The notes under the pieces were generated by a model. That model did not search any database. It was not told where the DNA came from and saw only the letters and a list, made by a program, of their open reading frames with translations. Shown here in pieces: positions 36,584-48,614 of a stretch of DNA of 64,000 bases (its first letter is position 1; each line of letters opens with the position of its first letter). The position numbers were made by a program, and so were the translations under genes. Source of the DNA: Cladosporium halotolerans (lineage: Eukaryota); NCBI RefSeq assembly GCF_011745625.1, contig NW_027191456.1, positions 310,001 through 374,000 of the forward strand, written 5' to 3'.

Positions 36584-36678
36584 GTAAGTCCGGCTCCCAA
36601 TCAGTGCCATCGGTTCAGGAAATCCTGATCCGTGCCTCCGGCGTCATTCTCAGGACTCTCACTAACCTGGCCACTCAG
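36584..36678 (+). other. Probable 5'-UTR intron of the large downstream gene
   Basis: GTAAGT at 36584, CTAAC branch point at about 36662, CAG acceptor at 36678, 7 nt before ATG 36686. Confidence 0.7.
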
Positions 36679-36685
36679 ATTCACC

Positions 36686-39600
36686 ATGAATCGCCTACTG
36701 AACAGGAAGAAGACCGACGATTCGTCTCTCAACGGCGATGCCCGTTCACAGCCGAGCCCCACTCCCACATCAGCCTCGCCAGGCCTCAAGAAGAGCGGCA
36801 CCAGCATATGGAAGTCAAAACACCGTCATGCAAAGGAACAGCCAGAGCAGAAGCCCGAGCTCGACCTGTCTTCTGCCCTTCCGTCCAACGATGACTTTCG
36901 TACGAGTCTCCTGATGGCCAATCTCTCACAGCGCTTCAGTATGCTGCGCGAACAAGACAACCCCGAATCCCTGATGGGCAAGGCTAGCGACGACAGCGTG
37001 CTGGAGCCTAGGAGGCGTTCCCGCAAGCTCGACTTTGGCTTTGGCGTTGGTGGTCTTTCAGATATCGATGAAGTTCGTTCGATCAACAGCTCAATACGAC
37101 CTCCTTTCGCCATGGACAAGCACCAATCGTTCAGGTCCGAGGACGGTTATGCAAGTGAGACCGATGCTCCCCATTCGACCAGCGTTATGGCTCGCTCTCG
37201 ACCCGGCGAAGGCAACACGATGTTCGGAGGACGGCAGAAGGTTTACATGATCCCTAAAAACGGAGCCGCATCTACAAAGAGTCTTGGGAAGTTCCTTTAC
37301 GACGACGATGTCGGCATGTCTGCATTCCAGAAGCACAGGCAGCGGGAGAAAGAGCTGCAGGCAGCTCGGGACCCCGAGATGCCTGAGGACCCAAGCTTCG
37401 ATTTTGGATTGGATCAGACGGATGGCGGAGATGACGACGAAGATGCGGGTCTGCACGACTCGGTGAGAGATTTCTCCAACTCGCCCTCGCTATCTGCCTA
37501 CGATAAGAAACGGTCGACTTCATCCACTGCACGCTCTGAAGCACGCTCGTCCACGGCGGCTACTTCGATCACTTCTCAACCCGCTAGCAGCAATCCCGCC
37601 CCGCTCCCAGCAGCGACAGCCGTTCCGACTGCGCCGTTGCCTGCTGCTCCGGTGGAACGATCGAATACAAAGTCGCGTCGTCTCTACGAGCAAGGCCTTG
37701 ACCAACACCTGCATGACCAGCAGTCTTCTGCCATGTCTCGGCTGAACTCCATTCAGAGGCAGCGGACCTTCAACAGTGGCAAGAATTCTCCACCATTCTT
37801 ACACTCAGCGAAAAGCACTGGGAATCTGAGCGAGCGCGCTCCGCAACACGTCTACGCCTCGAACAATTCGAGCCCGCCGGTACCACCACTCAATACTTTC
37901 GCACCGTTCCCCAAGCCCGGACAGAGCCCTCTTGGTAGTGGTCCGAACTCACCCCTGAGTCCTACCATCGAAGAATCCAGCGTTTTGAAACAGGCTCTGG
38001 AGCCCGCCGATCGAGGAAAAGCGACAGCGATGGGAGCATTCAACAAGCCGAGACATGCCTTCGACGAGCAGCAATACATGGAGCGCCAGATGCAACTTCA
38101 ACGATCCACCTCGAGTGCGGTGACACGCCAACCTGCGCAATCTGCATTCCAGCAGCGCATGGGTCGATTCGAGCAGGGTGAGAGGGAGCGCAGTGCATCA
38201 AACCCAACCAGCCGATCTAGGTCGAGGTCAAGCTCGATTGCCAACGAACCCTCCAGGGCTCCCAACGCATTTTCCCCTGCAATGGCAACCAACCAGACCA
38301 TTCCAGGCGCCCAGGAACTCGCTGAAAAGCAGCAGTATCCAGATACCCACCGGACCTTTTTCGGCAACATCAGCGCGAGTGACAGCGAGGACGACGTAGA
38401 TGAGATTCAGAGTGCCACCAGCCCGTACGGACAGCAATTCGGAAGGTGGCAGCCAACGGTCCTTCCTTCCGTTTCGGAACACCCAGCGCTGCGAGGCAAT
38501 GCTGACAAACCTGCCCTTGTCGAGGAAGAGGAAATTGAAGAGGAGCAAGAGCCCGTCCCTCACATCGCTGAGCCCATTTCTTCCGGTCCTCCGGTCAAGC
38601 AGGAGATTGATGCACCCTCTCCGCCGAATGGCGAGGATCTTGACTCTCCAACTCTTGGCCCAAGTGCAGAAGGTCTTGGTAGTATGATGCAGCACTTGAG
38701 GAATAAGAGTAACGGCTCGTCAACATACCCGCAAGACGAGGTCGCTCGTGGAATGCCCGACCTTCCTACCATGCCGGATCTCAAGAATTATGAATCCGCC
38801 AGGCAATCTGTACAGACAGAGTCCCACGTTGCTCCCTCTGACACTCACTCTAACCTCTGGGATCTCGAGACTGAAAGTGTCAATTACTCTAACCGGAATA
38901 CTGCCTTCGCTCGAGAATCTGTCAACAATGTTGATGCCACCTCAGGAGCGCCACGTGCGCCATCCCGGGCGCAGTCGAGCGCTGCGAATCGCAGCGAGCA
39001 GAACTCTGAGGCTTTCCCCGACGTGGAAGAGCCCTCATGGCAAACCGAACTCACCAGGCAACACACTCGCAATATCAGCACTGCTACACAACAAGAGCGG
39101 GCGGCGTTCGATAACGAGCTGGCAGCCCGACGCAGAGCGATCCAGGAGAACGTGAAGAGCATGGTTGATGCTGATCACTCCCGCAACACCAGCCCGGCGC
39201 CGACTCCTGGTGGCGCTTTCAAAGCCTTCAACATGTTGCGATCGAAGTCTAGCAGAGATTCGATGGACACCAGAAAGGAAGCACCTCCCAAGGCGATGAA
39301 AATGCTCGGAATCGGCGTCGGACCCATCTCGGCCAGCACGAACAACCTCAACTCGCAGTACGAGAGAGGAGGTAAGAGTCTCGAGATGAATAGAGCTCGC
39401 GGAGACTCTGCTTCCCGCGGAACCTTCTTTCCTCGCACACTGCAACAGAGCGACCAAGATGCGAAGAGAGAGCGCGCAGCGTCGCGAGCAAGAGGCGACA
39501 GTGATGCCAGCAGGATGGGTCGCCCTGTTGGCCGCTCTCCGGCTTCTTCTGAGGTTGGCCGCGGCCGTGGCCGTTCCAACTCTGAGGCTACGAATGGTGG

Positions 39601-40528
39601 ACGATCCCGCAGCACGACCAATCCCTACCGCGATGACTTGGACAGAGCCATGGCTCAGGGCGCGGGCAGCAGTGCATATGGCGTCCCGGAATTGTCGCCA
39701 ATGATCACCCGGGAGCTGACGCCCAGGCCATCTCCCGACGTTTCCAACAAGAGTTCCTTCGAGACCAAGAACCGCTCTCGCAGTGGGAGCCGCACGGGAG
39801 CCATCACCGGCGCCATGACAAGTTACTTTGAAGCGAAGACCCTTGCAGCAGCTCAGAACGGACAGCACGGGCGCTCTCCTGTCATCGGCCCGTCGCCTGC
39901 TGCTATGGCATCGAACTCACACCTTCCGCAGGGCGGTGCCGCACGCGGTTCGCCATACATGCATGCGCCTACTCCGCCGGTGTCCGGACCAAACACACCT
40001 TCTGCCAGCTCGCCCACTCCGCCACCGATGCCGCCGGGTCCTTCGCTTCGCCAGGTGCCCCTCCGCAAGAAGACTGTCAACAAGCATGACATCTCCGAGC
40101 CCGTAGCACTTCTTTCTTCGACTTCGAACGTGGACACCATCGATCTTCCCGCCGGCGCCTCTCTCAAGAACGGCATGGACAGCCCGCCTCCCGTCCCTCC
40201 CATCAACCCTCGTCGTCGCGCGACCCGCAAGCTCTTCGGCATCGGCCGCAGCGAACCTGAAGATACCAGCTCTCCCAACCCTCCGATGTCACAATCCGCC
40301 ACACCGGATCTCTGGAGCGGCGGTCCCACTGCTCCCCGTACCCGGAATGTCAGCAACCCCCCGCGACCCTTCGAGAGCAGCCCGGCGCTGCAGCAGTACG
40401 GCTTCGAGCAGAGCACTCCTCCGACCAGGCAGTTTAGCAACGCAACGCGGCCGTCTGGTTTCGAGCGCAGCGGCATCACTTCGCCTGAGCCTTCTGAGAG
40501 GCCCCCGATGGAAGGCGGCTTCATCTAG
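36686..40528 (+). CDS. Large (about 1280 aa) Ser/Pro/Arg-rich, mostly disordered uncharacterised protein
   Basis: Intronless ORF starting caccATG. Ordered-looking islands: DDFRTSLLM..RFSMLREQD, FGGRQKVY, DRGKATAMGAFNKP, ELAARRRAIQE, RKKTVNKHDISEP. Confidence 0.85.
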   Translation: MNRLLNRKKTDDSSLNGDARSQPSPTPTSASPGLKKSGTSIWKSKHRHAKEQPEQKPELDLSSALPSNDDFRTSLLMANLSQRFSMLREQDNPESLMGKASDDSVLEPRRRSRKLDFGFGVGGLSDIDEVRSINSSIRPPFAMDKHQSFRSEDGYASETDAPHSTSVMARSRPGEGNTMFGGRQKVYMIPKNGAASTKSLGKFLYDDDVGMSAFQKHRQREKELQAARDPEMPEDPSFDFGLDQTDGGDDDEDAGLHDSVRDFSNSPSLSAYDKKRSTSSTARSEARSSTAATSITSQPASSNPAPLPAATAVPTAPLPAAPVERSNTKSRRLYEQGLDQHLHDQQSSAMSRLNSIQRQRTFNSGKNSPPFLHSAKSTGNLSERAPQHVYASNNSSPPVPPLNTFAPFPKPGQSPLGSGPNSPLSPTIEESSVLKQALEPADRGKATAMGAFNKPRHAFDEQQYMERQMQLQRSTSSAVTRQPAQSAFQQRMGRFEQGERERSASNPTSRSRSRSSSIANEPSRAPNAFSPAMATNQTIPGAQELAEKQQYPDTHRTFFGNISASDSEDDVDEIQSATSPYGQQFGRWQPTVLPSVSEHPALRGNADKPALVEEEEIEEEQEPVPHIAEPISSGPPVKQEIDAPSPPNGEDLDSPTLGPSAEGLGSMMQHLRNKSNGSSTYPQDEVARGMPDLPTMPDLKNYESARQSVQTESHVAPSDTHSNLWDLETESVNYSNRNTAFARESVNNVDATSGAPRAPSRAQSSAANRSEQNSEAFPDVEEPSWQTELTRQHTRNISTATQQERAAFDNELAARRRAIQENVKSMVDADHSRNTSPAPTPGGAFKAFNMLRSKSSRDSMDTRKEAPPKAMKMLGIGVGPISASTNNLNSQYERGGKSLEMNRARGDSASRGTFFPRTLQQSDQDAKRERAASRARGDSDASRMGRPVGRSPASSEVGRGRGRSNSEATNGGRSRSTTNPYRDDLDRAMAQGAGSSAYGVPELSPMITRELTPRPSPDVSNKSSFETKNRSRSGSRTGAITGAMTSYFEAKTLAAAQNGQHGRSPVIGPSPAAMASNSHLPQGGAARGSPYMHAPTPPVSGPNTPSASSPTPPPMPPGPSLRQVPLRKKTVNKHDISEPVALLSSTSNVDTIDLPAGASLKNGMDSPPPVPPINPRRRATRKLFGIGRSEPEDTSSPNPPMSQSATPDLWSGGPTAPRTRNVSNPPRPFESSPALQQYGFEQSTPPTRQFSNATRPSGFERSGITSPEPSERPPMEGGFI

Positions 40529-40871
40529 ACGCAACGTCATCGATGACCTGCTCACGGCATTATTTCATACCCTACAACACCGATATATATATTTTATCGG
40601 CGCTATCGCAGTCTCTCTCCTCGTCGGCATAAACGCCGGGCGCTGAGTCGCTTTCGCTTATTTTCGATCCGAGGGCAAGGGAGCGCAACACACATCGGCG
40701 TTCAGTTCGTGGCGCCTACCACACCACACCACACTTCTCAACCGAGAATATTCAATCTCCTTAGCTCTTCACAAGGAAAGGACCGGCTCAGAGATTTCGG
40801 GCGCCGGACTTGCAACACATGTACCATACGACACGACGGCAGGCATTTGGGGGACGTAATGTTCGGCCTGG

Positions 40872-40937
40872 ATCTTTCCTTTTCTCCTTTTTTTTTTCTT
40901 TTCACTCTGTTCTCTTTTTTTTTTTTTTTTTTTTTTG
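40872..40937. repeat. Poly(T)/pyrimidine tract in the terminator zone between convergent genes
   Basis: T-run of more than 20 nt at about 40915-40936, plus shorter runs. Confidence 0.9.
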
Positions 40938-41315
40938 GCGAGCCAAAACGCATGATACCACTTTTGTTTATTGCTATTCCCCCTTCACTTCTCCTCGAAA
41001 TTCTCCTTCTGTCACTCCTTTTGTTTTTTCTTTTGCCATCGCGCAAATACGGCCAAACCGCATCTTCTTTCTCCTTTCTACCCGATGTTCTTGAGAGATA
41101 GCTAGGGATAGCAGTAGAAAGACTCCTCTTTTCTTCAACTATACTATCGCCATCACCGATTTCCAATCCAGAATTTCCAGACAAGAATTCAAAACGTAGC
41201 TTCAATCTCTAAGCAGCAGAAAAGCACATCGCATTCTCCAACTCACGTCCTCACCCTCCAACCCTCCCACTTCCAACCTCCCTTTCAACCCCTCCACAGA
41301 CCCCAAAAACCCGCT

Positions 41316-42951
41316 CTAAAAAGCCGGGTTCGCATTCCTCAACAACTGCTCAAAATACGCCTGGAACCACGTGCCCGCCTCCGGCGCCGGCGTCAGCGCA
41401 TCCGCATACCCGCAGTGGGCATCGTACCGCGCGGCGGCAGAATTGCTCGTGCCGTCGCTCTCGCCGCCGGGCTTGACCCAGACGATCGAGTCGACGAGGG
41501 CGTCGCCCGTGTCCGTCGTCGGGCGGATGCCGAAGCCCGTGCCCTTGACGTTGCACCAGTCGCCCCAGGCCTGCTGGGCCGTCGGCTGCACGCCGCTGCG
41601 GCCCTGGTCGACGATGAAGCGGGCGGGGAAGCCGTTCTGCTGCAGCAGGGGCGCGATGGCGTTGATGTACAGCTTCTCGTTGTAGTTCTTGTTGCCCTGC
41701 GTGTAGCTCGGGGCGGAGGTGATGTTGTAGCCGTTGTAGTTCGAGACGTTGGTCACGAGGCCGCGGAGGGCGGCGGGCTTGCCGGCCTCGGTGTAGATTT
41801 GCGCGAAGAGCTTGGCCGCGGGCGCGAGGTTGGCGTCCCAGCCGAGCCAGCCTGCGTGGCCCGCGTCGAGGTACATGGCGACGTTGGGGAAGTTGAGGGT
41901 TTTCGCGGCGTACTCGACGCCCGCGATGTAGGCGGGCGAGGCTTCTTGGCATTTGGCGACGTTCATGTTGGTCACGAGGTTTCCGAGGCTGTCGGGTTCT
42001 GTGGGAGAGGGTTAGGGGAGGTTGGGATGGGGGTTTTCGGGGTTGGGTTGGGGCTCACCGATCACGAGGGCCATGGTGGTCTCGGGGTACTTCTTGATGA
42101 TGGCGGCGATGGAGTCGATGTAGGCCTTGTACTTGTTCAGGCCGTCGTTGGCGACGGTGTACTCGCCGTTGCTGGCAAGGGCGGCGCAGTCTCTGTTCGG
42201 GAGATCGTAGACGACGAATGCGCCCATGATCGGAGGGGAAGCGCCGGCCGCGTTCTTGGCCTTGATGTCGGCGAGGTAGGTGTCCATTGTCGGGACCTTG
42301 GCGGCGGTGTCGCTGCGTGTGGTCAGTTTGAGGTGAAATGCACAAGATGCGACCTCACTTACAACCATGTGAACGTGCCGATCTTGGCGACGGCGCTGGC
42401 CTTGGCTTGCAAGCTGGAAGGCAAGGATGGGATGGCCAGCGTGTGGATCTCAGACGAGTAGTACGGGTTGGCGTAGATCTGCTTGCCTGGGCCATGTTCA
42501 GTGGAATGTTTTTCAAGGACTCGTTCTCCATTGGAAACTCACCAGCAAACGGGTTGCCTGAGGCGCTCACAGGAGGTGGGCTTGTGGTCGAGCCACCATT
42601 GGAAGTGGTCGTAGAGCTCGTAACTCTGGTCGTAGTCGAACTCGAAGAGCGACTCGTAGTGCCGACACTGGTGGTAGACCTGGAGGTCGTAGATGAAGAT
42701 CTAGTGGTGGTCACGAGGGTGGTCGTGGTGGCAGCGCCAGGCTGGCATTGAGAGTAGTCTAAGGGCTGTCAGTCTAGAATTTTGCTGGCGCGAAAGTCTC
42801 TGGGAATCTCACAGTCGTTCAAGAAGACACACGTAGTGCCAGCGTCGCAGGTACCGGTGCCCTTCCATTCACGACCACCGCATTGCTGCCACACGGGGAT
42901 GGCGCTGACAGTGGCCGCAAAAACTGCGGCGGATGCGAGAAATTGCTTCAT
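41316..42951 (-). CDS. cbh2: GH6 cellobiohydrolase II (Cel6A) with N-terminal CBM1 and Ser/Thr linker; 5 exons
   Basis: Signal peptide, CBM1 WQQCGGREWKG..C..LNDYYSQC, S/T linker, YANPYY, VVYDLPNRDCAA, IEPDSLGNLVTN, DAGHAGWLGW, WGDWCN, WVKPGGESDG. Introns 42759-42812, 42487-42542, 42313-42362, 41999-42058. Confidence 0.96.
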
Positions 42952-44837
42952 GGTGCCGTATTGTCGTTGCGATGAGAAGACGAGCGACTTGACCCTGGTC
43001 CAAAAGAATTGTAGCGAGAGGCTGTGGATTCTCTTTATACAAGCTCGAGATGTCCATCCAGCGACGCGGAGACGCTTCAGTCATCGCAGGGCCGTCGGGC
43101 CATGGCCCCTCCGTGCGGAAAGCGATCATTGGAGCCATACGACGCCTGCAAAGGAAGTGATCAAGCAATTTGCATTGTGATTGAATCCATGACCAGCAAG
43201 GTAACAGGGCTTGATCCGGCAAGGTCAAAGTATGCCGGTAAAGCTAATCCTAGAGCATGGTACCACATGGAGAGCACATTGGGCGACGAGGTCCAATAGA
43301 AGACGTCGCCACCTGGAGAACTGCGGACACGAGATCTGGTGGCACGATCTGGTCGTGGTCCGCCGCCTGTACTTCATCGCATACGGTATGGCGGAGGCTC
43401 AAGTCCTTGGGGGTGTATATTGCTGTACCGGAGCGTCGTACCCGTGGTTCCTCATAGGGCTCGGAGCCAGGTGAAGTTGCGACCGGAGGCTGACGAAAAG
43501 GTCTTGTTAGACGCAAGGCGTGTGCGGGTGGGCATCGTGTGGGTGAGCTGCTTGGAAGCACATTTCACGTTTGCAGTAGGACAGCGTGGAAGGACGGCCA
43601 AACTCACGCTGCGATGCGAGCGGCAACGTCGTTGGGTCAGTACACGAGTAACGTATGCGAAAGGGCAATGTCGTTTGGACACTCCCCCACGACCTGAGGT
43701 CTGCAAGCCGGGGTGGATTGCTCCGAGCGATGTGCAGACGGGGATGTCTGGGCTTGCTGGGCCCGCCGTGCCAGCGCCGCACGGATGGCTGCAGGGCAAT
43801 CTGGCTGAGTGCTCCGTGTCACGCGGAGCAGGCGGGCGCGTCGGTTAAAAGAGCTCTCTGACTTCGGTCGCGTCGCCGGATACAGCACGGGCGCAGGCGG
43901 CGTGCGGTTAGTGAGGCAGCTGGAGAGTGTAATCAGGCCCGGCGGGCGCCTGCTCCTGCGAGCCTGCGCCCGCGCTGCGACGGCGCGCAAGGTATATAAT
44001 GCAGAGCAGCCGTCGCCCGCGCTCGCAGAATTCTGGACTTGTCTGCGCGGCCGCAGCGCTGCTCGCGTAGGTCTCGTGTGCGCTGGGCGCTAAGCAGGCG
44101 ACGGGTCGAGAATGTGGCTCCGCTCCCCCATTCCCCCATGGAGACCCCGCGGTTTAGGGCAGACCCCATCGCATCCTGCCTGCCACCCTCTGCCTGCCAC
44201 TCTCTGCCTCCGCGACGACTCCATCTCTCCCCTGCTGTATCACGCATCGGCCTTGCATCCAGCCAATCACACGTGCACGGAGATAGCCATCTGTTGTCAC
44301 GCCGACACATACACCTGCCAGCGTGAGGGCCATGCGCCTCCGTGCCTTCGACAGCGTGAACGTGAATCGCCCTCCCCAGCTTTTGCCATGCGGTAGAGCG
44401 ACGTTCTCCAAAAAGCTTAGGCGGCGCCCCGCAAAGTTGAGGCTCACCGCGACGAGATGGAATATCACACTCCTCCAATCCAGCATCTCACCCTCAAGCG
44501 CCACGGCCGGTTATGGTTCGTGGTGGCTTCATTCATCAGATGTGTCGGTCTTAATAGTCCGGATCTGTGGATTCTGCAGTCAAGATGATCTCTTGGAGTG
44601 AGCCTCTCGAACCACCCGGCACCTGCGAAGCCAAGCACTCCAAGACGGGGTAAATCCATTGTTCCACGAATGGGCTCTCTGCTCGCCATGCGGGCGCCGA
44701 CGCCACCCATCAGACGCTGTCTGCTTAAAAGCACAGCACCAGCACGTCTGCATGGCCACGAGCTCTCCCTTGTGCAATCAGACCAAACGACAACAACCTT
44801 TCATCAGTCTGAGCTCGACGGAAGCTGCCTTGCAACC

Positions 44838-46818
44838 ATGGGCCTTCTCACCCTCCTCGTCCACAACGACGCCATCAAGACCGATCCCAAGGAGATCTAT
44901 GGATGGCGTGTCTACGCCCTGGCATGCTCGGTAGGCCAATGTTATCGCAGATCACATGCTATTGAGTGAGCTGACCAAAAACAGGCGTGTTTCGGTGGCA
45001 TGTTGTTCGGTGTTGACTCCGGTATTATCGGAGGTGTATTGACCATGTCCACGTTCAAGGAGTATGTCATTTATTTCTTGAAATTGTGATTTGTGATGGG
45101 AACTGACACACGAACGCAGGACATATGGTCTGGCAGATCTCGATGGTGTCGCAAAGGCCAATCTTCAGGCCAACATTGTCACCACCCTGCAGTGCGGCTG
45201 TTTCGTCGGAGCGCTCAGCACTGGTATCATCGCCGACAAGATCGGCCGTCGATACAACCTGATCCTCGCTGCCATCCTCGCCATCATCGGCACCATCATG
45301 CAAGCAGCCGCCATGGGCCACATCGCCGCCATCTTCGTTGGTCGATTCATCGCTGGTCTTGGTGTTGGCGCAGCCTCTATGGTCACTCCATTGTACAGTA
45401 AGTCTAATTGCCCGGATCAATATCGAGGCACTTACCAACCGTTGGAACAGTCTCTGAGAACGCTCCTCGTGCCATTCGCGGTGGCTTGACCGGTATTTAC
45501 CAGCTCTTCATTACCGGCGGTATCATGCTCGCTTTTTGGATCAACTACGGCTCCAACATGCACATCTCTGGCGACGCCCAATACGTTATTCCTCTGGTCA
45601 TGCAGGGTCTCCCAGCCGTTCTGCTCTTCGGATCCATGTGGTTCTGCAACGAGTCGCCCCGCTGGCTCGCTCGTCAAGACCGCTGGGAAGAGGCCAGCGC
45701 CACCCTGTCCCGCGTCCGCGCCCTGCCCGCCACCCACCCTTACGTCGCCAGTGAGATCACAGAGATCAAGGAGCAGCTCGATCATGAGCGGAGATTGATC
45801 GGCGACGCCGGCTTCAAGGACTTGATGAGGGAAATGTGGACAATCCCTGGCAACAGGAACCGTGCTCTGATCTCTGTTGGTCTGATGATCTGTCAGCAGA
45901 TGACCGGTACAAATGCAATGTAAGTCTGTCCCGGCTGCTTCGAAATAGAGGATCAATCGCTGACATACTCACAGTAACTACTGTACGATATCCGCCTCTC
46001 TTGACACTCATTGACGTACCTACTGACACATCGCAGACGCTCCCCAGATCTTTCAGAACCTCGGTCTTACCGGCACCCAAACCGGCCTCTTCGCCACTGG
46101 TATCTACGGCGTCATCAAGATGGTCATGTGCGGTCTGTTCTTGATCTTCGCAGCCGACTCTCTCGGGCGTCGCAAGTCTCTCCTCTGGACCTCGATTGCC
46201 ATGGGTCTGTCGATGATGTATGTCGGTCTCTTCGTGCGCATCGCGCCTCCCCAAGAGGGCGAGCCCGTCATTCCTGCCGGCTACTTCGCGCTCGTCTGTA
46301 TCTACCTCTTCGCTTCCTTCTTCCAGTGGGGCTGGGGACCTGTAAGTATTCTCGAGGAAACGGGGCGCAAACGAATACCCGCTGACAGCTTCCACAGGTC
46401 TGCTGGATCTACATCTCCGAGATCCCGACCGCCCGCCTCCGCGGCCTGAACGTCGCCCTCGGCGCCGCCACCCAGTGGCTCTTCAACCTCGTCATCGCCC
46501 GCGCGGTTCCCAACATGCTCGTCACCATGGGCGAGGGCGGCTACGGCGCCTTCATCACCTTCGCCTGCTTCTGCTTGGCCATGTTCATCTTCGTCTGGTT
46601 CCTCGTTCCAGAGACCAAGGTAAGAAGCGATCGAATCCACCTGCAAATCGAACGACCACTAATGATTGTGCGAACAGGGTCTCGCCCTCGAGAAGATGGA
46701 CGACCTCTTCGGCGTCACCGAGCTTACCAAGAAGATGGACGACGAGGAGACCGGCTCTGTCGAGATTTCGGAGAAGAACGGCACTAAAGCTGAGGAGGTC
46801 GAGATCTCTCGCAAGTGA
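44838..46818 (+). CDS. MFS sugar-porter family transporter (quinate-permease-like); multi-exon, including an 8-nt micro-exon
   Basis: [93 protein letters not shown]. Confidence 0.92.
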
Positions 46819-47303
46819 GCGTGGCGCTTGTGATCGTGTCTCGGCGTTGCGTTGCGTTGTCTTGCTGTGCTATGCTTGATTGATTGATTAATGAGACGAT
46901 GGACGATTAATCAGTCCACGGTGCGATTGAGGAGAGGTTCTAAGTAGCCAATCGATCGAACTTTTAATGTCTGGAGAGATACTATTCCGAGCTTCATCTT
47001 GATCGTACTAGACATTGTTTAGACGAATCAGAAAATGCTGTGACACGTAGTTGCTGAGCGATGACAGCGCGCTTTGCTCGTAGACGCGACGGACATCAGT
47101 GACGCGGGAGACGGCGGCTCAACTTCGGAAGACCTCGGCCCTACGCCATAAGTTAATTCTCAAGCAACATTTCACAATTCCCCAGTCCTAACCTAGCTCA
47201 GCTCCAAACCACTTCCCAAACAAACCACCAAGCAACCCGCAAAAAAACAGACTCTTCCAACTCTCTCTCGCGCGCTTCCGCGCCTCTTCTCGCCTACAGC
47301 ACC

Positions 47304-48035
47304 ATGCCCCCGCAAATCACCACCTCCCCGCTCTCCCGCCCCGACGGCTCCGCAACCTACACCGACGCGCTCTCCACCGTCCTCGCGGCCGTCAACGGGC
47401 CCCTCGAAGTCTCGCGCCGCGACGAGCTGCCCTCCGAAGCGACGCTCGAAATCCACGTCCGGCCCGCCGCCGGCGTCGGCGGGCCGCGCGAGCGCTGGCT
47501 CGAAGCCGTCCTGCACGCTGTGCTGAGGAGCGTCGTGCTCGTGCACTTGCACCCGCGCGCGCTGGTGCAGGTTTCGTTGCAGGTTGTGCGGGAGCCGGCC
47601 GGGGGCGGGGTGGGGTTGGGGAAGGGGAGGGGCGAGGTCGCGGTGTTGCCGGCGTTGGTGAATGCGGCTGTTTTGGCGCTGGTGGGGGGTGGGGTTGGGT
47701 TGGAGGGGATGCTGAGTGCGGTTTTGGTTGCGGTTGGGGGGAAGGGGGAGCTTGTTGTTGCGCCGGGAGTGGAGGTTTTGGAGGGGTGTGAGAGTTTGCA
47801 TGCTGTTGCGTGCGCGGCTGGTGGGGGGTTGGTGATGGATGAGTCGACGGGGAGGTTTGATTTGGGGGTTTGGGGGGAGGTGGTGGAGAGGGCGAGGGAG
47901 GCGTGCTTGGCTGCTTTTGCCAGTAAGGGAGAGGATGAGGCGATGGCGAACGGGGATGTTGAGGCGGAGCCGTGGATGCGGCAGGTTCTGGAGGAGAAGG
48001 TTAGGGACGCGAACGCCTGGAGGGAAAGCACCTGA
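47304..48035 (+). CDS. RRP46: Exosome core subunit Rrp46 (RNase PH fold)
   Basis: LSRPDGSATY..VLAAVNGPLEVSRRDELPSEATLEIHVRP..LHPRALVQVSLQV..LVNAAVLAL. Confidence 0.85.
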   Translation: MPPQITTSPLSRPDGSATYTDALSTVLAAVNGPLEVSRRDELPSEATLEIHVRPAAGVGGPRERWLEAVLHAVLRSVVLVHLHPRALVQVSLQVVREPAGGGVGLGKGRGEVAVLPALVNAAVLALVGGGVGLEGMLSAVLVAVGGKGELVVAPGVEVLEGCESLHAVACAAGGGLVMDESTGRFDLGVWGEVVERAREACLAAFASKGEDEAMANGDVEAEPWMRQVLEEKVRDANAWREST

Positions 48036-48614
48036 AGATCGGATACTACGGGAATGAGGGTCATTGCAATGGATCAAGACAATCGATGAGGACGACGATA
48101 TTTCAGCGAGCAAGGATGGCGTGTCACGCCAGAGAGGATCGCCTGCCTGGCAGGCTTGCTTGCTTGATTGCTCGATTGCCAGGACGCGAGCGGGCCCACA
48201 CACTCTTCGCCAACGCTACGAATCTCGCTACCGATCTCGAGCCACCGTTGTGCGCTATTGAGTCTGGAATATGCTTGGTTTGGCGCGCCAATAACACGGC
48301 TGTTCCCACTCTAATGCACACTCAGGCCATTGAAAGCCTGTTGTACGGCACGCGATCGATGGGTTGCGACAAGATCAAGTGTGCAGGCCCGGTGACTTCT
48401 CATTGGTCACCTGCAGTCATAGCCGTTCTGCTGGCTGTGGTTAAGAAGTGAGGTTGAATTAGCCTCAGGCAAAACCGCCTGGCCTGGCAGGTGCGATATT
48501 CAAAGCCAACTTCATCTGTACTTCTACCGTCAATATGCAAACCAGCCCAGACAGCTCCGCAATCTTGATTAACTCAAAACACACTTTGTGGTACTCAACT
48601 GACGCTAGTTCAAC

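Noticed and set aside
35367..36894. Long overlapping ORFs of 332 and 335 aa
   Set aside because: Low-complexity Arg/Pro/His products of stop-poor GC-rich promoter/UTR DNA.
41415..42461. Long antisense ORFs over cbh2 (similarly 8902-9816, 19053-19835, 47193-48203)
   Set aside because: Shadow ORFs caused by high GC3 in the real genes on the opposite strand.
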